Positions 9,804 through 18,199 of a stretch of 64,000 bases of DNA are shown here, one piece after another. How positions within the stretch are numbered: the first letter of the stretch is position 1; each line of letters starts with the position of its first letter. A program made the position numbers and the translations under genes. Source of the DNA: a virus; the IMG/VR virus record IMGVR_UViG_3300031823_000004, positions 1 to 64,000 of that record. One strand, written 5' to 3'. The notes under the pieces are model-generated. The model was given only the letters and a program-made list of their open reading frames with translations. It was not told the origin of the DNA and made no database searches.

Positions 9804-10294
9804 TCTGGGCTGCAACTGGCCACCGGCCAGCTAGACTAGGCGGTTACGACGATGGCACGCTGGATCGACTGACCGATCTGGCGTGCCGTTTTGTCGACCG
9901 GGTCAGGCCTGCGCGCATGATCTCCGGCATGGCACTCGGCTGGGACACGGCTTGGGCTCGCGCCGCCATGCGCATGGGTGTGCCTCTGGTGTGCGCTATT
10001 CCGTTCGAAGGCCAGGAGCGGCAGTGGCCGGAAGCAGCCCAGCAGTGGTACCGCACCGTACTGCAGTTTCACGCTGCCGAGGTGGTTGTCGCCGCATACG
10101 GCGGCTACACGCCGCAGGCGCTGCACGCACGCAACCGGTGGATGATGGACCACTGCGATGCAGTGGCAGCGCTTTGGGACGAACGGCCGGACGGCGGCAC
10201 CGCGTCCTGCCTGCGCTACGCCTATGCGATCGGTAGGCCGGTTGAAAATCTCTGGGACGAATTTCTGTTGACTTGTGTTGTGCCGTTGCGGTAG
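9800..10294 (+). CDS. SLOG-superfamily YspA/DUF1273-like protein; probable CTG start
   Basis: TGHRP..LGGY (upstream of the ATG at 9917), ISGMALGWD, RNRWMMD, GGTASC. Confidence 0.8.
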   Translation: MIWAATGHRPARLGGYDDGTLDRLTDLACRFVDRVRPARMISGMALGWDTAWARAAMRMGVPLVCAIPFEGQERQWPEAAQQWYRTVLQFHAAEVVVAAYGGYTPQALHARNRWMMDHCDAVAALWDERPDGGTASCLRYAYAIGRPVENLWDEFLLTCVVPLR

Positions 10295-10297
10295 GCT
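10268..10297 (+). promoter_or_regulatory. Sigma70-type promoter with reversed 14-bp motif in the spacer
   Basis: TTGACT-N18-TAGGCT; TGTTGTGCCGTTGC at 10276-10289. Confidence 0.65.
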
Positions 10298-10303
10298 TTG
10301 GTT

Positions 10304-10504
10304 ATGCCCGTCGGCGCCTAAGCGCTCCGTCCCGGGTGGAGACGCGACCGGCAGGAGCAGGGACAGGGATAAACCGAGACGGCATGCATGCGCGGCGCAA
10401 CGCTCTCTTTCAGTTTTCGCAACTGGGGAACACGACGCCAGCCGGTGCGATGAGTACTGGGGTTCCGAAAGGGATTGCGGGGTCGATTACATGCCCGAGG
10501 GCAT
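10304..10504 (+). ncRNA. Candidate ~200-nt structured ncRNA or long leader
   Basis: Starts just after a promoter; ends are complementary (ATGCCC-G-TCGG / CCGA-GGGCAT); several internal hairpins incl. GAGA and GAAA tetraloops; no convincing ORF. Confidence 0.5.
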
Positions 10505-10532
10505 CTGTCCCGTTCTGCACAGGAGAGACGAT

Positions 10533-10724
10533 TTGTCGAGCAACGCCCGCAGAGAGGAACGCCGCAGAGAGAACGAAGCGCAATACGAGCGCGAGTGCAG
10601 ACAGAGGCAGCAGGCGAAAACGACGTTCGACGAGAAATTCGGTGCGCTTGAAGCAGCGCTGGAAAGGCTTGGGCTGGATCCGTGGTTGTTGCATGAGTGG
10701 GTTTCAGAGGACCGACCGATATGA
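10533..10724 (+). CDS. Small charged hypothetical protein, TTG start
   Basis: AGGAG 7 nt before TTG; ATGA overlap with the next gene. Confidence 0.6.
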   Translation: MSSNARREERRRENEAQYERECRQRQQAKTTFDEKFGALEAALERLGLDPWLLHEWVSEDRPI

Positions 10725-10915
10725 CTGACTATCCGGCTCACATGTGGCAGACAGCCTGTGCCAGTTATGGGCGTGTTGAATCGCTGGAAAAGTATTACCC
10801 GCAGGCACTCGCCGCTAATCCGCTGCTTCAGCACGCTGTCATGCAGATAAAAATGGCCGAGGCGGCAATCGACAGCATCATGTCGAGCCTGGCTGACGTG
10901 GAGAGATGGCAATGA
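10721..10915 (+). CDS. Small hypothetical protein
   Basis: GAGGA RBS, ATGA overlap. Confidence 0.55.
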   Translation: MTDYPAHMWQTACASYGRVESLEKYYPQALAANPLLQHAVMQIKMAEAAIDSIMSSLADVERWQ

Positions 10916-11094
10916 TAGCTGATACTTTGTCGGATGAAGACATCGAAGCGATTCAGGACATGGCGCGCGAGGCGGCGTTGCACTGCGGCCACAATATCGG
11001 CGCGGCGTCGAATCCGTACCAGCCCGGATCGGAACAGGCGGAAATATACGATTTCGCTTTTAGGAGCGCATACGCACGTGAAAACGGTCGCTGA
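10906..11094 (+). CDS. Small hypothetical protein
   Basis: GGAG RBS; NPY..GS motif common in small phage proteins. Confidence 0.55.
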   Translation: MAMIADTLSDEDIEAIQDMAREAALHCGHNIGAASNPYQPGSEQAEIYDFAFRSAYARENGR

Positions 11095-11230
11095 ACTGGT
11101 GAAACTCGTAATCAGTGTTGCTTCTAAGGCAGCCCTGACAGCGGTAACTGTCGTGGTATTTTTGTACGTCGGGTTATGTACGATTGATACGACATTTGCG
11201 GCTGTTTTCTATCTCTGGCATACAAGATGA
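11078..11230 (+). CDS. Small membrane peptide
   Basis: AGGAG RBS, GTG start, hydrophobic stretch, ATGA overlap. Confidence 0.45.
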   Translation: MKTVAELVKLVISVASKAALTAVTVVVFLYVGLCTIDTTFAAVFYLWHTR

Positions 11231-11784
11231 TACCGCACGATCCTGGCGGCAAAGGGCGTTTGCCGCTACTGCCAGGATACATTGGCAGTGCGCGCTTCGC
11301 CGGGGACAACCACGAACACCGTCTATGGCTGTCTCGTGTTCCTGTTAGCAGGCCAGTTCTCGCATCCGAGTATGCCCTATGGATCGGCGTCAACCCGTCA
11401 ACGGCTGGTGTGGACACAGACGATATGACGGTGCGCAAGGACATGGGATTCAGTAAGCGTCTGGGCTTGCCAGCGTATATAAAAATGAATGTCGCCAGCT
11501 ACCGCGCTACCGACCAAAAGCGATTCAATGATCCGGCTATTGAAGTGAACCACCCCAACAATCACCAGCAAATCTGTCACTTTGCTTCTGCATGTGGCGC
11601 AGTCGTGGTCGCCACAGGCAACCCGCATCCCCGGCTGCGGCCGCTCGCGCTCGACCTGTTTGGTATGCTGTGTGACGCTGGCATAGACATGCTGTGCCTT
11701 GGCCTGACGCGTGAAGGCTGGCCGAAGCACAGCAGCCGGATCGGGTACATTACCGAGTTCGAAAAATACAAACCAATCAGGTGA
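11227..11784 (+). CDS. DUF1643 family protein
   Basis: HRLWLSR, WIGVNPSTA...DDMTVRK, N..SYRATD, LGLTREGWPKH. Confidence 0.85.
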   Translation: MIPHDPGGKGRLPLLPGYIGSARFAGDNHEHRLWLSRVPVSRPVLASEYALWIGVNPSTAGVDTDDMTVRKDMGFSKRLGLPAYIKMNVASYRATDQKRFNDPAIEVNHPNNHQQICHFASACGAVVVATGNPHPRLRPLALDLFGMLCDAGIDMLCLGLTREGWPKHSSRIGYITEFEKYKPIR

Positions 11785-11788
11785 ACGC

Positions 11789-11968
11789 ATGACATGCATC
11801 GTCGCCTATCGTGTACATCGCGGACCGGTTGAATTGATACTGGACGAGTACGGAGAAAATGTGCAGGAGTTCGTTGACCGTGACGACGCGCGGGCGTTTG
11901 TAGACGGCAACCGGCTGTTTCGCTCCGGGCAGGCACTCGTACAAATCATCGAACTGGACGAACTGTAA
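11789..11968 (+). CDS. Small hypothetical protein
   Basis: AGGTG RBS; fills the gap before polA. Confidence 0.45.
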   Translation: MTCIVAYRVHRGPVELILDEYGENVQEFVDRDDARAFVDGNRLFRSGQALVQIIELDEL

Positions 11969-11971
11969 ACC

Positions 11972-14900
11972 ATGCACCCGTTCGGTTTCGACGCGGAGAC
12001 ATCGTCTTTCGTCAACCTGAATCTGGGTGCCGACGCCTACACCCGCGACCCTCGCACCCGCTGCCTGATGTTCGCCCGCAAGCCAATCGGCATGAACACC
12101 GCACCACGGCTATGGCGCGAAGGCGATCCGGTGCCGTACGACATGATCGGCCACATAGCGAACGGCGGCACCTTTTCAGGCTGGAACGTCATCGGCTTCG
12201 ACCGGCTGGTCTACCAGCGCATCATGGTGCCGCAGCACGGCTTTCCGCCGATCTCCGACGACGCCTGGAAAGACAGCATGCACCTCGCTGCGGCGGCGAA
12301 CCTGCCGCGCAGCCTGGACGGCTGCGCCAAGGCGGTGGGCGTCCAGCATAATGTGGACCTGAAGGACACCAACCGCATCCGGCGCATCACCGACGCCAAC
12401 CGGACGCCTCTCCCGGCGCCGGTGGGTGAAATACTCGACTACCCGGAGCGGTTCCAGCATATCCGCACGACGCCGCAGTACACTCTGGTGGACGATCTCC
12501 AGTGGCTTGCCGCGCGCTGCATTCAGGACGTGGAGATGGAGGAGCAGGTTTTGCTCCGGCTGCCGCCGTGGCCCAGCATGGAGCCGTGGGTCAGCATGCC
12601 AGCGATCGACCGGCGCATCAACGACCGTGGGGTGATGATCGACCTGCCCCTGGTGCACGGCTTAGCCCACGCCGCAGCGATCGAGACCGCCAGGCTGGAC
12701 AGCATGATGGACAAGCTGACCGGCGGCGAGGTGGCCAAGACCACCAACATCGAGTCGCTGAAAACGTGGCTGGTCGCCCGGAAGGTGGAACTGCCGCTGA
12801 ACGACGTGAAAGCGGAAGACGAGGGTGACGAGGACGAAGAGGATGACAGCGATCCGAAGCCCAAAGGCGGCCGGGAGTCACCCTGGCGGCTGCGCAAGAG
12901 CGATATCGCCGACCTGCTGGCCCGGACAGACATACCGGAAGAGTGCCGTCTGGCGCTTAGCTGGCGGGCCGAGGCGGCGAAGGCCTCTACCGCCAAGCTG
13001 CGCGCAATGGCGCGGATGGCCGACGATGACTGGCGGCTGCGCGGGATCCTGCTGCTGGGCGGTGCCCAACAAACGATGCGGTTTTCATCGGTAAAAGTCC
13101 AGCTTCACAACACGTTACGTGACGCCTTTGCCAATCTGGACGACATTGCCGACACCAACGGGCTGAACACCAAGGCGGACGCGGAAAAGGTGCATCGTCT
13201 GGCCGAGGTGGCGCTCGCCGCGGCGATCGAAGTCGGACGCACCGGCGACGTCGACCTGATGCGCTCGATGTACGACGTCACGCGCCGGGACGCGCAGGGG
13301 CGGTCCTACCACTCCGGGGTGATTGCCTGGATCGCGCGCATGGTGCGCCGCTGCATCACCGTGCGCGACGGCATGCTGCTGCTGAACGGCGACTGGGCGC
13401 AGGTCGAGGCGCGCATCACCGTCTGGCTGTCGCAGCAGACGGACATGCTCCAGGCCTTCGCCTCGGGCGGCGATGTCTACCGGATCGCGGCCGCCGGGAT
13501 CTTCCGCTGCGGCGTCGAGCAAATCACCAAGCTGATGCGGCAAACCGGCAAGGTCTGTATCGCAGAAGGGTCTCTGGTCCTGACCAACCAAGGCTTAGTG
13601 CCTATAGAAAAAGTTACTACTTGCATGAGGATTTGGGATGGTATAGAGTGGGTAGCCCACAGCGGTGCAGTGTGTAACGGATATGCCGATACAATCGAAT
13701 ATGACGGACTCAGAGCCACTCCGGACCATCTTGTCTGGACGGAAGGGCAACAAACCCCGATGGAGTTTGGAGACGCCGCCTCCGGCAAGATCAGTCTCGC
13801 TAGAACCGAGTATCGTGGGAAAGCGCTACGGCTGGGTGACGATTGTATCCGTAGAAAAAAGAGAGGTAAGTCAAGGGAACTGGTACGTCGCGACACGCTG
13901 CGAAGGATGTGGGAGTACACAGTGGACGTATCTGTTCAATTTGGTAAGCGGTCGGTCGAAAGGTTGTCAGCAGTGTTCTCGACCAAGACGAGTTCCGATA
14001 AAATTGGACCGAGTGCTTACGGATGCGCGTATGCGATGTCAGAATGCTACCCATCCGAATTTCAAGAATTACGGAGGCCGCGGCATACAATTTCTTTTTC
14101 CGTCTGTTTTAGAAGCTGGTTTATGGGTCCAAGAAAATCTTGGACCGAAACCAGACAGAGCGGAGTTGGACAGAAAAAACAACAACGGGCACTACGCTCC
14201 TGGCAATCTACGATGGACTACGCGCAGCCAGAATTTACTGAATACCAGGATAAACAGGTTCGTGACCTACGCCGGGAAACAAGTTCCGCTGCTTCATGCG
14301 GTTCACGTCATTCGAACATTGCGTCCGAAATGCCCGTATGCGGACAACACACTGAAGCGTCTGCTGGATGCGTACGAATCGATAGAGGGGTTGCTGAGCC
14401 GAATAGACAAACCGCCACGTACGGCAAAGCCACGTGGCGTGTATGGGACATTCTCAACGCCGGACCCCGAAATCGTTTCACTGTATCTGGACGTTTAGTG
14501 CACAACTGTACACTGGCACTGGGCTTTGGCGGCGGCCCCAACGCCCTGGTTGCGATGGGCTACAATTACGGGCTGCTGATGAATACCAAAGAGGCGGCGC
14601 CGATCGTGCAGGCCTTCCGCGAGGCGAACGGCGCTACCAAGGCCTATTGGTACGCGACCGACGACTGCGCCGCTATGGCCGTCCAGTACCCCGGACGGGA
14701 GTTCCCGGTCCCTCCCCTTGGGCTGGTGACGTATTTCGTGACGCCGGGGGAAGACTGCCTGTGCTGCCGCCTCCCCAGCGAGCGCCTGCTGCGCTACTGG
14801 GCACCGCGGCTGCGGCAAGAGTACTGGGCGGACGGCAACCCGAAAAGCCGCCTTAGCCTTAGCGGGCTGGCGATCAAGGGCAGGGCGGTGTTCCGCCGGT

Positions 14901-15157
14901 CGCTGTACCATACGATCCTGGTGGAGAACCAGGTGCAGGCTATCGCCGCGGACTTGCTGGTGACCGCACTGGGCAACGCCGACCGGAACGGGATATTGGT
15001 GGACCTGCATGTGCATGACAACCTTGCTGCCGAGACGCGCAAGGATGACATAGGATGGAGCCTGCCGATGTTCCGTGAGTGCATGATGGACATGCCGCGC
15101 TGGACCGCCGGGCTCCCCATCAATGTCGATATTGAAGCCGCAGCGAGGTTCGGGTGA
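11972..15157 (+). CDS. polA: Family A DNA polymerase with 3'-5' exonuclease, interrupted by an intein
   Basis: Exo FDAETSS, WN..FDR, C.QDV; DRRINDRGV; motif A GDWAQVEAR; motif B RQTGKV/CTLALGFGGG; ENQVQAIAAD; motif C HVHDN. Confidence 0.92.
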   Translation: MHPFGFDAETSSFVNLNLGADAYTRDPRTRCLMFARKPIGMNTAPRLWREGDPVPYDMIGHIANGGTFSGWNVIGFDRLVYQRIMVPQHGFPPISDDAWKDSMHLAAAANLPRSLDGCAKAVGVQHNVDLKDTNRIRRITDANRTPLPAPVGEILDYPERFQHIRTTPQYTLVDDLQWLAARCIQDVEMEEQVLLRLPPWPSMEPWVSMPAIDRRINDRGVMIDLPLVHGLAHAAAIETARLDSMMDKLTGGEVAKTTNIESLKTWLVARKVELPLNDVKAEDEGDEDEEDDSDPKPKGGRESPWRLRKSDIADLLARTDIPEECRLALSWRAEAAKASTAKLRAMARMADDDWRLRGILLLGGAQQTMRFSSVKVQLHNTLRDAFANLDDIADTNGLNTKADAEKVHRLAEVALAAAIEVGRTGDVDLMRSMYDVTRRDAQGRSYHSGVIAWIARMVRRCITVRDGMLLLNGDWAQVEARITVWLSQQTDMLQAFASGGDVYRIAAAGIFRCGVEQITKLMRQTGKVCIAEGSLVLTNQGLVPIEKVTTCMRIWDGIEWVAHSGAVCNGYADTIEYDGLRATPDHLVWTEGQQTPMEFGDAASGKISLARTEYRGKALRLGDDCIRRKKRGKSRELVRRDTLRRMWEYTVDVSVQFGKRSVERLSAVFSTKTSSDKIGPSAYGCAYAMSECYPSEFQELRRPRHTISFSVCFRSWFMGPRKSWTETRQSGVGQKKQQRALRSWQSTMDYAQPEFTEYQDKQVRDLRRETSSAASCGSRHSNIASEMPVCGQHTEASAGCVRIDRGVAEPNRQTATYGKATWRVWDILNAGPRNRFTVSGRLVHNCTLALGFGGGPNALVAMGYNYGLLMNTKEAAPIVQAFREANGATKAYWYATDDCAAMAVQYPGREFPVPPLGLVTYFVTPGEDCLCCRLPSERLLRYWAPRLRQEYWADGNPKSRLSLSGLAIKGRAVFRRSLYHTILVENQVQAIAADLLVTALGNADRNGILVDLHVHDNLAAETRKDDIGWSLPMFRECMMDMPRWTAGLPINVDIEAAARFG
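13556..14506 (+). mobile_element. 317-aa intein in polymerase motif B
   Basis: Starts CIAEGSLV, block B ATPDHLV, ends VWDI...VSGRLVHN followed by Cys+1; excision restores motif B; visibly lower GC than flanks. Confidence 0.92.
13683..14498 (+). CDS. HNH-type homing endonuclease overprinted in the +1 frame of the intein (start uncertain)
   Basis: CEGCG..L.SGRSKGCQQC, RC.N......YGGRGI, LDRKNNNGHYAPGNLRWTTRSQN. Confidence 0.85.
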   Translation: MPIQSNMTDSEPLRTILSGRKGNKPRWSLETPPPARSVSLEPSIVGKRYGWVTIVSVEKREVSQGNWYVATRCEGCGSTQWTYLFNLVSGRSKGCQQCSRPRRVPIKLDRVLTDARMRCQNATHPNFKNYGGRGIQFLFPSVLEAGLWVQENLGPKPDRAELDRKNNNGHYAPGNLRWTTRSQNLLNTRINRFVTYAGKQVPLLHAVHVIRTLRPKCPYADNTLKRLLDAYESIEGLLSRIDKPPRTAKPRGVYGTFSTPDPEIVSLYLDV

Positions 15158-15543
15158 TGTACGCCACGCTGAAAGAAAACTTTGTCCAGGTTATCGACCC
15201 GGAAAAGACATACTGGTATCGCTACGAAAACAAGGTGTACGCGCCGCCGGTTGACGAGTTCGACCGGGTGTGCGGCGAAGGGTTGATGAAAGTCATCCTG
15301 TATCGCTGGGAAGTGGTCAAGCACACGCCAAAAGGCGTATGGCTGGAACTATGGGGGCAGAAGCGGTTTGTGCTGAACAGATCGCGCAGGCGGTTCGCCT
15401 GCCCCACCAAGGATGAAGCCCGGGTATCGTTCATCGCGCGGAAGACCCGGCAGGCGGGCATTTACGAAGCCCGCGCCAGGACAGCACGACAGGCTGTCGC
15501 AGTGTTCAGCCCAAGCGCGGAAGAGTTGGAGTTATGCGTATAA
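15157..15543 (+). CDS. Conserved phage hypothetical protein
   Basis: VVKHTPKGVWL...RFACPTKDEARVSFIARK motif; TGATG coupling. Confidence 0.65.
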   Translation: MYATLKENFVQVIDPEKTYWYRYENKVYAPPVDEFDRVCGEGLMKVILYRWEVVKHTPKGVWLELWGQKRFVLNRSRRRFACPTKDEARVSFIARKTRQAGIYEARARTARQAVAVFSPSAEELELCV

Positions 15544-15740
15544 GCGGCGACAACGTAGTGCGGCTGGACGACTTCCGCGGTATGAACCGCCTTGCAGGCA
15601 GCGCATCGCCGAAAGCAAAACTGCAACACGTCTAGGGCCCGTCGCGGGTAGGCCACGGCGAGATGCAGTGTACGTGCTGTCTGATGACGAATAGGGAGGC
15701 ATGGGTGCTTGGTGAATTTTGTCTGGACGTGACCGCGTGA
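15534..15740 (+). pseudogene. Small Cys/His ORF interrupted by an in-frame TAG at 15633
   Basis: MRISGDNVVRLDDFR...QHV*GPSRVGHGEMQCTCC...; the read-through frame ends in a GTGA overlap with the next gene. Confidence 0.35.
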
Positions 15741-16213
15741 GCAGCTTGTTCAACATGGCGCCGATCTCTGAAGCCGTACAGGCAGAACAGGAGATTACGT
15801 ACTCGCTGGTCGATCTGCCGCGGGCGTGGAACGGCCCCAGGCCGTGGTGCCGGACTTGCGAGGCACCGGTCGAGTGGTGGCTGTGGGATCGCTACGCAGA
15901 CGGCTTCTGGGGGTTCGCAGTGCGCTGTCATGGCGCGATGATGGGCGGCCTTGTGCCGGAACAGGCTCCAGGTTTTGCAATACTGGAGACGTTTTGCGAA
16001 ACGGAGCCGCGGCACCCGCTGGGTGCCTGGTGGTGGGTTGACGCGCACGGCAACCCCATACAGGACAGTGTCGCGTTTAACGCTGCGATGAACACCGGGA
16101 CAGGCTACTTCCGGTCTCCGCTTGGGATATGGCTGCGCAGGCACGCCGACGAAGTCGGTATGGTCCCTCTTGCTTTCATGCTGATGCTTTGGATATGGAG
16201 CCTGATGCGATGA
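15737..16213 (+). CDS. Hypothetical protein with CxxC...CH motif and hydrophobic C-terminus
   Basis: PWCRTC...VRCHG; GTGA and ATGA overlaps on both sides. Confidence 0.55.
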   Translation: MSSLFNMAPISEAVQAEQEITYSLVDLPRAWNGPRPWCRTCEAPVEWWLWDRYADGFWGFAVRCHGAMMGGLVPEQAPGFAILETFCETEPRHPLGAWWWVDAHGNPIQDSVAFNAAMNTGTGYFRSPLGIWLRRHADEVGMVPLAFMLMLWIWSLMR

Positions 16214-17067
16214 GAATCCTGGTCCGCCGCCTTGGCGCGCTTGGCGACGTGGTGCTGACGACGCCGGTCATCCGGCGTCTACGCCGCGAGAACCCGGATA
16301 TCGAGATCGGTGTGCAGACTGGCTATCCAGACGTGTTCCGCAACTCGCCGCACCGGCTGACCGTGTTCCAGCCGGGCCCACTGCCTTATCCGTGGACGCC
16401 GCAGGGAGGGCTAGACCATACGATCGAACTCGACCTGGCCTATGAGCGGCGGCCGGACATGCATATCGTCCGGGCCTTCATGCTGGCAGCCTTCGACGAC
16501 GAAGGCGATCCGGCCGATCATCGCCAGGAAATTTTTCCAGGCGGTGTTTCGCCTTTTTTCGGTGACCAGAAGGTGGTTGCCATCCATGCTGCCAAGGCCG
16601 GCTGGCGCAGCCGGACGCTGCCCGAGGCGACATGGATTGCGGTGGTCGAAGGGATCCGCGAGCGCGGAATGTTCCCGCTGATGGTGGGCTCCATGCGCGA
16701 CAGCGCACCGAAGGTGAAGGCGGCGGCTTTCCACCTGCACGACATCATGTCCCAGGTGCGCATCATCGACCGGTGCACCTGCTTCATCGGTTCGGACTCT
16801 GGGCTGATGCACGTGGCGGCCACGACCGACGTGCCGATCGTCTGTGCCTTCACCTCGGCGGCTGCGGAACTGCGCATGCCGCGGCGCTACGGCCGCCTGG
16901 ACTGGCGTTTCGAGGCGGTGACGCCGCCACTGGAGTGCATCGGCTGCCTGGCCCGGGCTCCGGTGCCGACGACATCGGAGCCTGCTTGCGAGCGGGGTGA
17001 CTTCGTCTGTACGACAGCGGTAACTGCGGACATGCTGCTGGCGGCAATGGACCGGCTGCTAGGGTAG
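16210..17067 (+). CDS. Glycosyltransferase family 9 (heptosyltransferase-like)
   Basis: RLGALGDVVLTTPVIRRL, FIGSDSGLMHVAA...VPIV, CIGC...C...C tail. Confidence 0.9.
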   Translation: MRILVRRLGALGDVVLTTPVIRRLRRENPDIEIGVQTGYPDVFRNSPHRLTVFQPGPLPYPWTPQGGLDHTIELDLAYERRPDMHIVRAFMLAAFDDEGDPADHRQEIFPGGVSPFFGDQKVVAIHAAKAGWRSRTLPEATWIAVVEGIRERGMFPLMVGSMRDSAPKVKAAAFHLHDIMSQVRIIDRCTCFIGSDSGLMHVAATTDVPIVCAFTSAAAELRMPRRYGRLDWRFEAVTPPLECIGCLARAPVPTTSEPACERGDFVCTTAVTADMLLAAMDRLLG

Positions 17068-17460
17068 TGGCGAGCCCTTCATTTTCCTTGTTCCGCCGGT
17101 GTGAACAGGAAGTTTTGTCATCGCGCAGGGCATGTGTACGCCCGGTGTGTGATAGCGGCACAGCCACGGGCGGTTTTCGTAATCGTCGCAGCGGCCTTCC
17201 GGTGTCAGGTGTATGCACTGCATCACCCACCAGCCGTTTTCGTCTTTCCGTTCCGGGATGAAGGGGAGCCCGGTGTTGCCCATCCACGGATCGGCGTGCT
17301 TTATCGTCGCAAGTACGACCAGGGCCTCCAGCACTGTCTGCGCATCGCCGAACAGTCCGTTACCGACCGGCAGCCGGATGTCGCGGCAGCACAGGCCTGG
17401 ATCACCGCAATGCGTGCAGAGGGCTTTCTGCACCGGCGACAGTTCGGGAAGATCTGTCAC
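17059..17460 (-). CDS. YkgJ-like CxxCxxCC Zn/Fe-S protein
   Basis: CTHC....CC, CIHL...GRCDDYENRPWLCR. Confidence 0.8.
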   Translation of the reverse strand: MTDLPELSPVQKALCTHCGDPGLCCRDIRLPVGNGLFGDAQTVLEALVVLATIKHADPWMGNTGLPFIPERKDENGWWVMQCIHLTPEGRCDDYENRPWLCRYHTPGVHMPCAMTKLPVHTGGTRKMKGSPLP

Positions 17461-18086
17461 GGCTCGACCTTCCACGCCGGCGGCAGGATCTTCTGCAACA
17501 CCAGGGTAATTTCGTACTGGCCTTGCGGGTGGAGAGACGGCGACAGGTCGTACCGGTACCCGGCATCCTCGTCGCGCAGCACCCGCACCCGGTAGGTGTT
17601 CGGCTCCAGCACCGACTCTACGGTTAGCATGAGCGACCACGGCGTATAGGACCGTTTGTGCTCGCCGGACCATCGTGACGGCGGTACCGTGCAGCGGCGT
17701 TCGTACAGATAGGCGTGCGGCACGAACAGCACGACATGTCCGCCGATCCGGAGCACCCGGAACCACTCGACCAGGCATTCTTCCGGGTTATCGACGTGCT
17801 CCAGTACGTGCGAGGCATGCACCGCGTCGACCGTACCGCTATGGAACGGCAGATGCGTCCCGTCATAGCTGCGCAAGCCGTCCACCGTTTCGATCGTATG
17901 GCCGAACTCGACCCCAACAGCACCGTCAACGATCGGCAGGGCGTCGCCCAGATCGCCGCGGTAGCCGATATCGAGCACCACGGGTCCGTCCAGATAGCGC
18001 CGCCAGAAGCCGGTGGCGCAGCGGGCGGCGTAGCCTTTGCGGCTCTCCCGGCCAACCGGCCGGTTCGGGTCGAAGATTCGGTTCAT
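17457..18086 (-). CDS. Class I SAM-dependent methyltransferase (Methyltransf_11-like)
   Basis: VLDIGY.G, LPF..GTVDAVHASHVLEH, EWFRVLRIGG; AGGAG RBS. Confidence 0.9.
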   Translation of the reverse strand: MNRIFDPNRPVGRESRKGYAARCATGFWRRYLDGPVVLDIGYRGDLGDALPIVDGAVGVEFGHTIETVDGLRSYDGTHLPFHSGTVDAVHASHVLEHVDNPEECLVEWFRVLRIGGHVVLFVPHAYLYERRCTVPPSRWSGEHKRSYTPWSLMLTVESVLEPNTYRVRVLRDEDAGYRYDLSPSLHPQGQYEITLVLQKILPPAWKVEP

Positions 18087-18131
18087 AGGGGCAGGTCTCC
18101 TGTACACCGGAAGCCTACTGCAACTGTATCG

Positions 18132-18160
18132 TTGACACCAGTATTTTAATAATGCATGAT
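18132..18160 (+). promoter_or_regulatory. Sigma70-type promoter upstream of the MarR-like gene
   Basis: TTGACA-N17-CATGAT in an AT-rich divergent gap. Confidence 0.65.
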
Positions 18161-18199
18161 GCTGACGCCCGGGGTCGTCCCGGTCTCTTGGACAAACTA

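Noticed and set aside
10418-10450. Cobalamin riboswitch-like words (GCAACTG, GGGAA, CCGGTGCGA), tempting given the B12-dependent RNR
   Set aside because: Elements are in the wrong order and no B12 box is present
10447-10470. Hammerhead-like GATGAG...GAAA in the candidate ncRNA
   Set aside because: Core reads GCGATGA rather than CTGANGA, and stems I/III with a cleavage triplet could not be built
11972-15157. DpoZ / Z-genome system
   Set aside because: No purZ, datZ or mazZ-like genes recognised in this window; polymerase deviations alone are insufficient
15633-15635. Genome-wide TAG recoding
   Set aside because: TAG terminates many clearly bounded genes (helicase, GT9, MarR, sheath) and no suppressor tRNA is present
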